Source: an uncultured Deferribacteres bacterium (lineage in GTDB: Bacteria > Zhuqueibacterota > Zhuqueibacteria > Zhuqueibacterales > Geothermadaptataceae). Taken from it: 24,002 nucleotides of DNA. The notes under the pieces were generated by a model. It had not been told where the DNA came from, did not search any database, and saw nothing but the letters and a program-made list of their open reading frames with translations. Below are positions 8,521 through 17,278 of this stretch, one piece after another. Made by a program: the position numbers and the translations under genes. Location: the NCBI GenBank assembly GCA_964014485.1, contig CAXHAT010000125.1, forward strand, positions 1 through 24,002, given 5' to 3'. Position 1 is the stretch's first letter. The number at the start of each line of letters is the position of its first letter.

Positions 8521-8919
8521 ATGACAACGATGAATAGAAAAATCCGAACCCACCTAATGTTTGAAGGCTCTGCCGAAGAAGCGATGAACTTTTACATCGG
8601 CTTATTTCCCAATTCCGAAGTATTGGAATTGCAACGTTACGAAGACGGCGACAATGCCGGAAAGTTGGTTCAGGCGAGCTTTACGCTCGACGGTCGAGAA
8701 TTTATTTGCATCGATTCACCAATGAAGCACGATTTCAGTTTTACACCGGCGATTTCCATTTTTGTTGATTGTGAATCTTTGTCAGAATTTGAGCGCGTTT
8801 TTGCAGCGTTTGAAGAAGGCGGGAAAGCGCTTATGCCGCTCGACAACTACGGATTCAGCGAGAAATTCGGCCGGGCGCAAGACCGCTTCGGCGCACCCTC
8901 GCAGCTCAATTTACCGTAA
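8521..8919 (+). CDS. VOC family protein (PhnB / 3-demethylubiquinone-9 3-methyltransferase-like), C-terminal motif degenerate
   Basis: HLMFEGSAEEAMNFY..LF, FSFTPAISIFVDC, GGKALMPLDNYGFS and DRFG. The start may instead be 8530. Confidence 0.85.
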   Translation: MTTMNRKIRTHLMFEGSAEEAMNFYIGLFPNSEVLELQRYEDGDNAGKLVQASFTLDGREFICIDSPMKHDFSFTPAISIFVDCESLSEFERVFAAFEEGGKALMPLDNYGFSEKFGRAQDRFGAPSQLNLP

Positions 8920-8943
8920 TCTTCCCGTATTTCTTTGTCGGAA

Positions 8944-10275
8944 ATGATCATGAAAAACACCGAAAGCTCAACAAGCCGCCCTGCGGACTTCAATCCCACG
9001 ACTGCAAAAGATCGCATTGAAGCGATTGACGTGCTGCGCGGATTTGCATTGCTTGGCATCTTTGTCATGAATATCACAGGCATGGCGCTGCCGCTCGCAG
9101 CCTATTTCAATCCTATGAGTTATGGCGGCTCCGAAGGGCTCGATTTTGGCGCCTGGGCGTTCGCGCACCTTTTCTTCGATTTGAAAATGATGGGGATATT
9201 CTCAATGCTCTTTGGCGCGGGCTTGATCATTATGTTCGAACGCGCTGAAGCGGCGAGGAGACCTTTTGGCCGCATTTATTACCGACGCACGTTTTGGCTG
9301 CTTTTATTTGGCCTTGCACACGCCTATCTTCTCTGGCACGGGGATATTCTCGTCACTTACGCGCTGTGCGGCTTTGTACTCTTCCTTTTTCGGCGGCGTT
9401 CGGTGCGTGCGTTGATCATCAGCGGCGTTGCCGTGCTATTATTTGGCGCTCTGCTTTATAGCGGCGGCGGCTTTGCTCAATCACAATTGCGCGATGTTGC
9501 ACAGAATGTCAGGGCAAAAGCGGCGGGCGGTGAAGAAACCACCCCGCATCAACAGGCTCTGCTCGATCAATGGGAACACATACGTCGCTCCGCGGAGCCT
9601 ACGCCCGAAGAAGCTGAAGAAATGGTCAAGACCATGCGAGAACCAAGCGGAGCATTCTTTAAAAACGCCAAAGAATCGGTCATGATGCACACGCAAGCCA
9701 TCCCATTCATGCTGTTCTGGCGCGCCTTGGGCATGATGCTCTTGGGCATGGGATTGATGAAAGCCGGCGTTTTTACGGCCCAACGAACGGCAAAATTCTA
9801 CAGAAACTGGATCATCATCGGCTTTGGACTAGGGCTGCCGGTCATTGCATTTGGCATTCAGCAATGGAGCTCGCACAATTTCGATTCTATCGTCAGAATG
9901 CTGATCGACGGCCAGTACAACTATTTTGCGAGCATTTTGGTGAGCATGGCTTACGTCTCGCTGGTGATGCTGATTTGTCAATCGGGGAAATTTGAGCGGC
10001 TGCGCTCCCGGTTAGCTGCGGTTGGGCGAACGGCGCTGACCAATTATTTGCTGCAAACGATCATCGGCGTCGCCGTGTTCTACGGCTACGGCCTGGCACT
10101 TTTCGGCCAGATCGGTCGTTTTAATCTTTGGTGGTTCATACTGGGGGTTTGGGCGTTGCAGCTTTTTTTCAGCCCGTGGTGGCTGCGGCGTTTTCAATTC
10201 GGCCCGGCGGAGTGGCTGTGGCGCACTTTGACTTATTGGCGCAAACAGCCATGGCGCGTTAGAAAAGACGCCTGA
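8944..10275 (+). CDS. DUF418 (YeiB-like) membrane protein
   Basis: RIEAIDVLRGFALLGIFVMNI, FSMLFGAG, GDILVTYA, VGRTALTNYLLQT and GPAEWLWRTLTY. The start may instead be 8950. Confidence 0.92.
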   Translation: MIMKNTESSTSRPADFNPTTAKDRIEAIDVLRGFALLGIFVMNITGMALPLAAYFNPMSYGGSEGLDFGAWAFAHLFFDLKMMGIFSMLFGAGLIIMFERAEAARRPFGRIYYRRTFWLLLFGLAHAYLLWHGDILVTYALCGFVLFLFRRRSVRALIISGVAVLLFGALLYSGGGFAQSQLRDVAQNVRAKAAGGEETTPHQQALLDQWEHIRRSAEPTPEEAEEMVKTMREPSGAFFKNAKESVMMHTQAIPFMLFWRALGMMLLGMGLMKAGVFTAQRTAKFYRNWIIIGFGLGLPVIAFGIQQWSSHNFDSIVRMLIDGQYNYFASILVSMAYVSLVMLICQSGKFERLRSRLAAVGRTALTNYLLQTIIGVAVFYGYGLALFGQIGRFNLWWFILGVWALQLFFSPWWLRRFQFGPAEWLWRTLTYWRKQPWRVRKDA

Positions 10276-10286
10276 GGAAATTTCGT

Positions 10287-10337
10287 AAAATCGGGTTGAC
10301 GAAAGTCTCTGAATTTTGATTTCATCAACCCATTTTT
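10287..10337. terminator. Probable bidirectional terminator between convergent genes
   Basis: AAAATCGGGTTGACGAAA...TTTCATCAACCCATTTTT inverted repeat. Confidence 0.55.
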
Positions 10338-10342
10338 CAAAT

Positions 10343-11032
10343 TTAACGCCCTTTCATACGGTGAATTCCGAAAGTAATGGAAACGCCGGAATAGCCCAAT
10401 CGATCGCCGATTTGGTTCGGGAAACGAATGTAGTTATAGCGCACGCCAATATTTCCGACCGTCTTTTGCCCCATGTCATAATCAAATCCGCCGCCTAAAT
10501 ATCCCCCGCCGCCCGCTTGAAATCCCATATGCTGAAACGCGCCGAAGAAACCGTGTCCGTAAGGGAAATGCATGCCGAAAACCGGTCCTGCGCCAGCTTC
10601 AACATACGGCAAAATGGCGTTTTGGAACGTTTCAAAGAAAATATCTCTTCTCATGCCGAAGTAGAGCGGAACGAGCATCACGTTGCCTTTGGGGTCGCGG
10701 AAGCTGTTGTTGTACAGTCGCGAATAAGGATTGTCGTTATTGACGGAAAGCAGTTGGAGACTGAATTGCGTGTGAACGCCGTCGAGAATCGCCCAGTTTT
10801 TGCCGATTTGCGCGTTGGTTCCAAAAGTGGAAACGCCGCCGTTAAAACCAAAGAAATCATGATTATGAATCCGCTGAATAGCACGCAAAGGCTCGTTTTG
10901 ATGCGTTGCGCCGCCCGGCGAGTCGCGCACAATATCTGACGGTCGCGGTAAGGCGCCGAGCTGTGCAAAAACTTGTGAAGAAAAGACAAGCAACAAGGCG
11001 GCGGGGACGATTAATTTCAAATGACGCATCAT
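10343..11032 (-). CDS. Exported protein, probable outer-membrane beta-barrel
   Basis: Signal peptide (..SQVFA|Q) and alternating aromatic/Gly strands (PYVEAGAG, YLGGGFDY, IGVRYNYI, VSITFGI). GAGG RBS. Confidence 0.7.
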   Translation of the reverse strand: MMRHLKLIVPAALLLVFSSQVFAQLGALPRPSDIVRDSPGGATHQNEPLRAIQRIHNHDFFGFNGGVSTFGTNAQIGKNWAILDGVHTQFSLQLLSVNNDNPYSRLYNNSFRDPKGNVMLVPLYFGMRRDIFFETFQNAILPYVEAGAGPVFGMHFPYGHGFFGAFQHMGFQAGGGGYLGGGFDYDMGQKTVGNIGVRYNYIRFPNQIGDRLGYSGVSITFGIHRMKGR

Positions 11033-11591
11033 TCAACCTCCTGGGTTAAAAGATTCATGCTATCCGTTAATTCTGGCGGCAACTGCAGTGTTCTCCTAAA
11101 AAACAAAGCTAACTGAAATCGGGGTTAAAGCAAGTTTTTTATTAGCCCAAGGTCCTGTTTGAGCAAATGAATTTAACAGAAGTTTGTTCCGTAAACTCTC
11201 ACTTTGCCAAACTGATTCAGGATTGACGAATGCTGCAATAAAAAAGCGGAGACGACTTCCTGCCGCGCTCCGCTTTCTATGGAGGAACTGCGATTTTTTT
11301 GAAAAAACTGAGCTTCAGATCATTTACAGCGACAAACGCCCCGCTTGCGAAAAAACGAAGCGGGTGCGTCTGCGCTGGTTCTCTTGGTGGAAGGAAGAGA
11401 TTCTTTTATCTCCCGCCGATCTGCGGCATTCTTCATAATTTAATCTATTGATTGGAATCTATAAATCGCCGCCAAAAATAAAATCCCCGAAATTGGTGAT
11501 AATGCAGCATTTCGACAGGCGCTTAGTTTGATTGGTCTTGCCCTTGCCTGCCGTGTTTTTTATATCCGACCCACTTGCCAAGGAGAACAGA

Positions 11592-12431
11592 ATGCGGATA
11601 GAAAATCACCGTTTGGTCGGCGCGGACGCACTGCCGGTCAACTTTGTCCCCACCAACAATCACAGCGGGCCTTTCGAGCTTCCCCCCGATACGATCATCA
11701 TTCATTACACCGCAATGTGGGACGCAGAATCCGTCGTGCGCTCTTTTACCAACCCCAACGTCAAAGCCTCGGCGCACATTGTTTTAGGGCGCGACGGTGC
11801 AGTTTTTCAAATGATTCCATTCAATCTCATCGGTTGGCACGCAGGCAAAAGCGGCTTTACTTTCCCCGACGGTTCTCGGCGAACTGGATTCAATAAGTTT
11901 TCCATCGGCATTGAAATCGACAACGCCGGCTTATTAAAGCGCGAAGGCAATACCTTCAAAGCTTGGTTTGGCCGCACTTATCCCGCGCATGAAGTGGAAG
12001 AAGGCGTGCACCGCAACCAATCCGTTTCAAAATTCTGGCACAGCTACACGGAAAAACAAATCGCCGTCACCGAGCAAATTTGCAGTGCTTTGGTTCAAAC
12101 TTACCGCATCAAGCATATACTAGGGCACGAGGAAGTAGCGCCGGATCGCAAGATCGATCCCGGCCCCGCCTTTCCGCTCGACAAATTGCGGCAGCGTCTT
12201 CTCGGCGATGACAGAATTGAGGATGATGATCACGGCGAACCTACGCACGGCGTCGTCACCGCGAATCGTCTCAACATTCGCGCTTCGGGCCAAGCAAGCG
12301 CGCCAAAAGTCGCCAACCCGCTGCCGCGAAATACGCCGGTTCAGATTCTGGAAAAACGCAACGGCTGGTACCGCGTTTCAACGGGACTGACGGGCTGGGT
12401 TTTCGGAGAGTTTATTGAAGAACAGGAGTAG
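11592..12431 (+). CDS. N-acetylmuramoyl-L-alanine amidase (Amidase_2/AmpD fold) with C-terminal SH3b domain, no signal peptide
   Basis: IIIHYTA, SAH, WHAG, SIGIEIDN and GHEEVAPDRKIDPG. SH3b motif LNIR...GWYRV..TGWV. AGGAG precedes ATG 11592. Confidence 0.92.
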   Translation: MRIENHRLVGADALPVNFVPTNNHSGPFELPPDTIIIHYTAMWDAESVVRSFTNPNVKASAHIVLGRDGAVFQMIPFNLIGWHAGKSGFTFPDGSRRTGFNKFSIGIEIDNAGLLKREGNTFKAWFGRTYPAHEVEEGVHRNQSVSKFWHSYTEKQIAVTEQICSALVQTYRIKHILGHEEVAPDRKIDPGPAFPLDKLRQRLLGDDRIEDDDHGEPTHGVVTANRLNIRASGQASAPKVANPLPRNTPVQILEKRNGWYRVSTGLTGWVFGEFIEEQE

Positions 12432-12434
12432 AAC

Positions 12435-12830
12435 ATGAAAAAATGGGTCACCATTATTATCATTGCGGTCATCGTTGCCGGATTATGGTACCTGGTCGAT
12501 AAAGGAATTATCGATTGGCAACCGTTGACCATTCTTTTCACCGTATTTGCCGCCCCGTTTAAATTCGTGTGGAACTTGTTCGACGACAAAATCAAGAAGA
12601 TTCAGGAAGAGCACGCCAAGGTACGGGAGCACGAAGCGGAGTGGACGGAACAAACGCAAGAGGAAATCGCTGAGCGCGAAAGACGCGTCGAAAGCTTAAA
12701 TCGAGAAATCGATGAACTTGACGTAAAGCTTGACCAACTGCGCGAGAAAAGATCAAAGGTCGATCAGGAGATCGGCGAAATGAGCCTTGAAGAATTGCAG
12801 CGACGCGGCAGGGATACTTTTGGCGATTAG
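12435..12830 (+). CDS. Membrane-anchored coiled-coil protein
   Basis: Two N-terminal hydrophobic segments then a highly charged heptad region. Starts 3 nt after the amidase stop, with an AGGAG RBS. Confidence 0.8.
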   Translation: MKKWVTIIIIAVIVAGLWYLVDKGIIDWQPLTILFTVFAAPFKFVWNLFDDKIKKIQEEHAKVREHEAEWTEQTQEEIAERERRVESLNREIDELDVKLDQLREKRSKVDQEIGEMSLEELQRRGRDTFGD

Positions 12831-12858
12831 ACGCGGCATTCCAGTATACGAACAAACG

Positions 12859-13044
12859 ATTTAACTCATGTTACGCACTAGCCATGATGTCATAAAAATT
12901 CTCGTTAAAGTCATTCCCGCGAAAGCGGGAATCCAGGGGCAGTGCGCGATTGACTGGATTCCCGCCTTCGCGGGGATGACGTAAAAACGATGTTTTTCAG
13001 GTGCTTTTTGGGAAATTTCCAGTAGTGCGTAACATCAGTTAAAT
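12859..13044. mobile_element. MITE-like element with 22-nt terminal inverted repeats and an internal dRS3-like REP doublet
   Basis: ATTTAACTCATGTTACGCACTA pairs with TAGTGCGTAACATCAGTTAAAT (1 mismatch). Inside, GTCATTCCCGCGAAAGCGGGAATCCAG (12910-36) and CTGGATTCCCGCCTTCGCGGGGATGAC (12954-80) are inverted. Second partial copy at 45-116. Confidence 0.85.
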
Positions 13045-13101
13045 AAAGATGATGAATCATCGCACTCCGTTCCCGGAGTCGTTGACAGAAAGTTGGATTC
13101 A

Positions 13102-13533
13102 ATGAAAAGAATACTATTCATAGCCGTCTTTTTTTGTGCAGGAAAAGCGGCCTTTGCTCAGGAAACGCTTTTTCCAAAACCAGTCATTCCAGGCGATACT
13201 TTTGAAGTTTCAGCGCAGGGCGACACCCTGTGGGTGCTGAAGCACAGCCAATATATGCGCGCCCTCTCCATCGCCCAAAAGTTCGCCGTCACCGACAGCA
13301 TGTTGATGCTGCAGGAAATGAAAATTCAAAAACTGAACGCCGTAATTGCTGAAAAGGACAGCATTATTGAGCTGAACAAAGCCGGGTTTGAGCGTTATCG
13401 CGGACTCTGGGAAGAATCGGATAAAAAGCTTGAAAAAACGCGCATCAAATTGGTGAAAGCCAGACGCATGACGCTGATCGCCGCCTTGGGAAGCGGGGCG
13501 CTCGGAGCCGTTCTCGTTGCGATTTTAAAATAA
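13102..13533 (+). CDS. Exported coiled-coil protein with C-terminal membrane segment
   Basis: Signal peptide MKRILFIAVFFCAGKAAFA|Q, helical middle and hydrophobic C-terminus TLIAALGSGALGAVLVAILK. Confidence 0.8.
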   Translation: MKRILFIAVFFCAGKAAFAQETLFPKPVIPGDTFEVSAQGDTLWVLKHSQYMRALSIAQKFAVTDSMLMLQEMKIQKLNAVIAEKDSIIELNKAGFERYRGLWEESDKKLEKTRIKLVKARRMTLIAALGSGALGAVLVAILK

Positions 13534-13566
13534 TTGACGATAAACGATTGAGGAAGGAATTGAACT

Positions 13567-14007
13567 ATGGGCGACGTTTTCTTACAGCCGGAATTTAAGT
13601 ATGTCTACATTCCAGTCATCGTGTGGTTTGTGTTGGTCATTGCATTATTTATTGCATTGCTGGTCCGTTTTACATTTAGCGACAAACCGAACCCGTACAA
13701 AGACGAAACGCTAGCCATGCCGCGCGGCGTTTTGCGCGCCGTCTTAACTGTGTCCGTTTTGTTTATCGTTGTCCTGCTCGAGGCGATGAACTTTGCCATG
13801 GCAGGCGATTTTGAAGAACAAATCTCAGAATTGCTGACCGCTTTCCAAATGGTCATCGCCTTTTACTTTGGCGGCAAAGTGATGCACCACCTCGCGGCCA
13901 CCGACAAGAACAAGACAAAGGCGACGCTTGCCGCAATGCCAAGCGCGCCTCAACAACCTGCGCAGCCCAAACCAAAGCCGCAACCGCAGACCGATGCAGT
14001 GGGTTAA
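13567..14007 (+). CDS. Three-TM membrane protein, holin-like
   Basis: Three hydrophobic segments, LAMPRGVLRA loop and VIAFYFGGK (resembles the YFG motif of 3TM holins), Pro/Gln-rich tail. RBS GAGGAAGGA. Confidence 0.65.
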   Translation: MGDVFLQPEFKYVYIPVIVWFVLVIALFIALLVRFTFSDKPNPYKDETLAMPRGVLRAVLTVSVLFIVVLLEAMNFAMAGDFEEQISELLTAFQMVIAFYFGGKVMHHLAATDKNKTKATLAAMPSAPQQPAQPKPKPQPQTDAVG

Positions 14008-14365
14008 GAAGCTGCAGGAACAGTTCAAGCTGCTCCAGGAAAAATTTCGTCAATGGCTCAAATCGCGCAACATTCCGGAGCTTGACTTTAAGCCCACGGA
14101 ACGAACGAAAATCAAACTCTTTGCGAATACAGCGGAAGCGATTGTTTTTTGGATGAGTCTGGCCGGCCTGATCTTTCTTGTGATCGTCTCTTTTTTTCGC
14201 TTTGCCTATCTCTCAGAGGCGAACCTAAAACACGAGCAATTTCAGGCGCGTTACGACAATCTGGCGCAAAAAATCGAAGAGCTCGCTCTGGAAAACGCAA
14301 CGCTCGAAAAGCGCGTGGACAGCCTGCAACAAGAATTGGGCGCGGCAAAATCGCAGCGCGAATGA
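13994..14365 (+). CDS. Single-TM protein with C-terminal coiled coil
   Basis: ATG 13994 overlaps the end of the previous gene. TM IVFWMSLAGLIFLVIVSFF, then leucine heptads. Confidence 0.7.
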   Translation: MQWVKKLQEQFKLLQEKFRQWLKSRNIPELDFKPTERTKIKLFANTAEAIVFWMSLAGLIFLVIVSFFRFAYLSEANLKHEQFQARYDNLAQKIEELALENATLEKRVDSLQQELGAAKSQRE

Positions 14366-14377
14366 TGCAACGCCCCA

Positions 14378-14887
14378 TCAAAAAGCATTGAAAACTGCGT
14401 GGTATTCAATCACGCCTGAATTGCCCGCCAAAGCTCCTTTCTTCAGTTCCAGCGCCATGAACACCTCGTCCGGCACGTCAAATTGACTTCTAATTCCGAA
14501 ATTCACCGACGGCGTGAAGCCAAATTTCGGATAGAAATTTGGATGCCCCAAAACGACGACCGCCTCAATCTCCCTTTCTTGACAAGCCTGTAACCCCGCT
14601 TTCACCAATTTTGAGCCAATGCCCTGGTTTTGCTTCTCCGGCAAGACAGACATCGGAGCCAACCCCATGAATTTTGTCTCGCTTTTGCGGCCAGCCAAAG
14701 CGACTTCCGTGAACATAATATGTCCAACAATTTCGCCCGCTTCAACGGCAACCAACGAAATGCTCGGAACACCGGCGGCGTGCAGCGCTTCGACAAGCTT
14801 TGCCTCGGCGTCACTTTCAAACGCTTCGGAATTTACGCGCCAAACGCCGCCGCGATCAGCTTCAATTTCCGCTCTGATTTCTATCAT
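14378..14887 (-). CDS. GNAT N-acetyltransferase (YhbS-like)
   Basis: IVGHIMFT, LAPMSVLPEKQNQGIGSKLV, VVVLGHPNFYPKFGF and FMALEL. Confidence 0.93.
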   Translation of the reverse strand: MIEIRAEIEADRGGVWRVNSEAFESDAEAKLVEALHAAGVPSISLVAVEAGEIVGHIMFTEVALAGRKSETKFMGLAPMSVLPEKQNQGIGSKLVKAGLQACQEREIEAVVVLGHPNFYPKFGFTPSVNFGIRSQFDVPDEVFMALELKKGALAGNSGVIEYHAVFNAF

Positions 14888-15017
14888 TTCTAAACCGTTT
14901 TTATGTTACAAGGAGTGCAAGACTTGCCTTGCAAATCAGTTGCAGGCTTCTTCAAAACTCTCTCGTGTCAGCCGCGCTGAAAACGCCGCCGTGAGTTTTT
15001 TGATGCGCAAAGTGAAA

Positions 15018-15137
15018 GGGGCTGTCCAAAAACAAAATATTTTTATGGCATCTTACAACATGTCGTAGAGGTTCAAGATTTTGAACCCCTGCATATCGTA
15101 TGTCTCTCATTCGGAAACCATGTTTTGGGACAGCCTC
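15018..15137. mobile_element. Small MITE-like element with G(A/G)GGCTGTCC termini and an internal GTAG-type REP
   Basis: GGGGCTGTCCAAAAACA pairs with TGTTTTGGGACAGCCTC (15/17). Internal hairpin GTAGAGGTTCAAGATTTTGAACCCCTGC at 15065-15092. Confidence 0.7.
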
Positions 15138-15147
15138 ACCCTTCGGA

Positions 15148-17043
15148 TTATTTCAGAAAAGTGACGCGCCGCGAAAGCGTTTTCTCGCCAGCAGTGAGTT
15201 TTAAAAAGAACGCGCCCGAGGCGGCTTGCACGCCTGACTCATCCTCGCCGTTCCAAACAAGATTGCCGCTGCCAGTGAGACTTGAAAATGTTCGCACGAC
15301 TCTTCCGTGCAAATCGAAGATTTTCAAAACGCCGGTTTCGCCTGTGAGTACGCTGTATTCGATACGAAGCTCGGCGTTAAACGGCGTTGGATAAGCCTTC
15401 ATCAAAAATGGAACTTCGGATTCGAGCCTTTGCCTTTCTGTGACGGAGGTGAAGATTCCGCTAAAAACAAGATGCACCGCGCTTGCCTTGGGAATTTGGA
15501 AAAAAAGCGCGTTTTCTAAAATGTCGCTCATGCGTCCGGCGTATAAAATTTCGGGGCTGCTATCGTCGAACGTCCAAATATCGACATACTCGTAAAGTGC
15601 GTCACTCTCGATGCTAATATTCAAATCTTGCGCGGCGTCAAAATCCTTGTTGAGCAAAATAAGGTGCAGTTTCTCCGGCGCGTCTTCAACGATCGATGCG
15701 TAAACGGATATTTTCTCAATATTGCTTGAACTGGCCGCCACGCTGGTATTTCCGAAAGCCGCGAAATTGCCGTCATAGTTTCTGAACAAATTGTTCGCGG
15801 CGACAACGTAACTGTTGTCCTCGCCTTCCTGCCAGTAAGTCGCCAGATAGATGCCGTACTTGCCGAAAATCCCCAGCGCGTCAGCGTGAGCCAGCCCGCC
15901 GGAAACGTGCCCGCCGCCGCCATACGCGAATTCCGTAAAAGATAGCTTCGTGCCAGGGTAATAATTTTCTATCGACTGCTGAAGATTGGGAATGAGCGGT
16001 AAAAAATCCCTGCGCCACATGCCGATCCAACTGTCTTCAAAATAGGTGGGGTCCCACAAGGTGCGCGGAGCTTGCACGCGCGCTTCTACGTCCTTCGGCG
16101 TGAGCGCTTCGCCGTCAAAGACGATGCGATGATCGCCCCGCGCTTCCGGGTACCAATGCACGTCGAGAACGTCGATCAACCTGCGCCCGGCGCTTTCTTC
16201 CGCGTTCTTCATTTTGTCGAGATAATAATCGATAAACCAACGAAAGTTCTGGTTAATGACCGGCCAATCCAGCGCATCTTGCAGGGTGTGAAAGGCGTTG
16301 AATCCGTAAAGCGCCGGGCCAAGAATTTCCGCCGCCGGATCAACGTCTTTGATTGCCGCCGCCATTTCTATCGAACGATTGACAAGTTCGAGTCCAATGA
16401 TTTGCCCCGGAGAAATTCGCGGATGGGTAGAAGACCAAAGCGCCGGTTCATTGTCCAAGGCATACCACCTGACCCCGTCCACTTCTTGCGCTTGGCCAAA
16501 TTCAGAAATCAAGAAATTGACCAGTTCATCCATATAGACGGCGTTGTCTGTAAGATCGGGCGTTAGAGCAAATTCGCCGTCTTTTCGCGCCTTGGCCGCC
16601 ACCCATCTTGGCGAGGGCGCCGTTTCGTTTTCCTGCACCGTTCCATTCTTATCTTTTGCGACAAACCCGGCCATTTGAAGCGTGAGCACCGATTCCGCGC
16701 CAATCACCAGCGAGCGATCATGGAATTCGGTCATGACAATGCCTGGACGATTGGCTTGATTCGCCGGGATGTTCATAAACGAAACTAGAAAATCGTCGCT
16801 GGAATGGAACCAATCTTTCCCGGCGTTTGAAGCGTTATTTTCCCAGTTGTAGCCGGTCAGCCGATTGCCGCCCAAGCGCCGCACCGTCCAGGCGTCATTG
16901 TCGGACAAATCCTGATTGGAGCCGTAAATATAAGGGCTGATTGGTTTGCGCTGCTCGGAAGTGTTGATTGAAATTTGAATCTGAGCATTCGCCTGCAGCG
17001 TGATGAGAAGGCAAAAAATAGCACTGAAAAAACGCACCGCCAT
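15148..17043 (-). CDS. Secreted GH44 endoglucanase/xyloglucanase with C-terminal FlgD-Ig/Por-secretion-type domain
   Basis: Signal peptide. ISPYIYG, RLGGNRLTGYNWENNASNAG, DNEPALW (acid/base Glu), LDVHWYPE and FTEF (nucleophile Glu). Tail YPTPFN...IFDLHGRVVR...WNG.D.SG. Confidence 0.9.
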   Translation of the reverse strand: MAVRFFSAIFCLLITLQANAQIQISINTSEQRKPISPYIYGSNQDLSDNDAWTVRRLGGNRLTGYNWENNASNAGKDWFHSSDDFLVSFMNIPANQANRPGIVMTEFHDRSLVIGAESVLTLQMAGFVAKDKNGTVQENETAPSPRWVAAKARKDGEFALTPDLTDNAVYMDELVNFLISEFGQAQEVDGVRWYALDNEPALWSSTHPRISPGQIIGLELVNRSIEMAAAIKDVDPAAEILGPALYGFNAFHTLQDALDWPVINQNFRWFIDYYLDKMKNAEESAGRRLIDVLDVHWYPEARGDHRIVFDGEALTPKDVEARVQAPRTLWDPTYFEDSWIGMWRRDFLPLIPNLQQSIENYYPGTKLSFTEFAYGGGGHVSGGLAHADALGIFGKYGIYLATYWQEGEDNSYVVAANNLFRNYDGNFAAFGNTSVAASSSNIEKISVYASIVEDAPEKLHLILLNKDFDAAQDLNISIESDALYEYVDIWTFDDSSPEILYAGRMSDILENALFFQIPKASAVHLVFSGIFTSVTERQRLESEVPFLMKAYPTPFNAELRIEYSVLTGETGVLKIFDLHGRVVRTFSSLTGSGNLVWNGEDESGVQAASGAFFLKLTAGEKTLSRRVTFLK

Positions 17044-17278
17044 GACTTCCTCTGGAATTCAATGTAAATGAAAAATTTGCCAGAAAGATATTCTACTGTT
17101 ACTCGACGCCCTTGCTTGAAATACAAATTTTTCCGTCAATCCTTCTGTCTAAACAAGAACAGTGTCGACGTACTAAGTGCATCTCTTACAGATCAATTTC
17201 AAGCAAAAACAGGATTACGAATTCCTGGCTCCACAAACTGCGGTGCGAAAATTTGTTTTTGAGAAGAACGTTATTTTG

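Noticed and set aside
11184..11438. 84-aa ORF
   Set aside because: TTG start, no RBS, no recognisable motif, and it overlaps hairpins in a likely promoter region.
11592..14365. Prophage remnant
   Set aside because: No capsid, tail, terminase or integrase genes and no att sites. The flanks are ordinary chromosomal genes.
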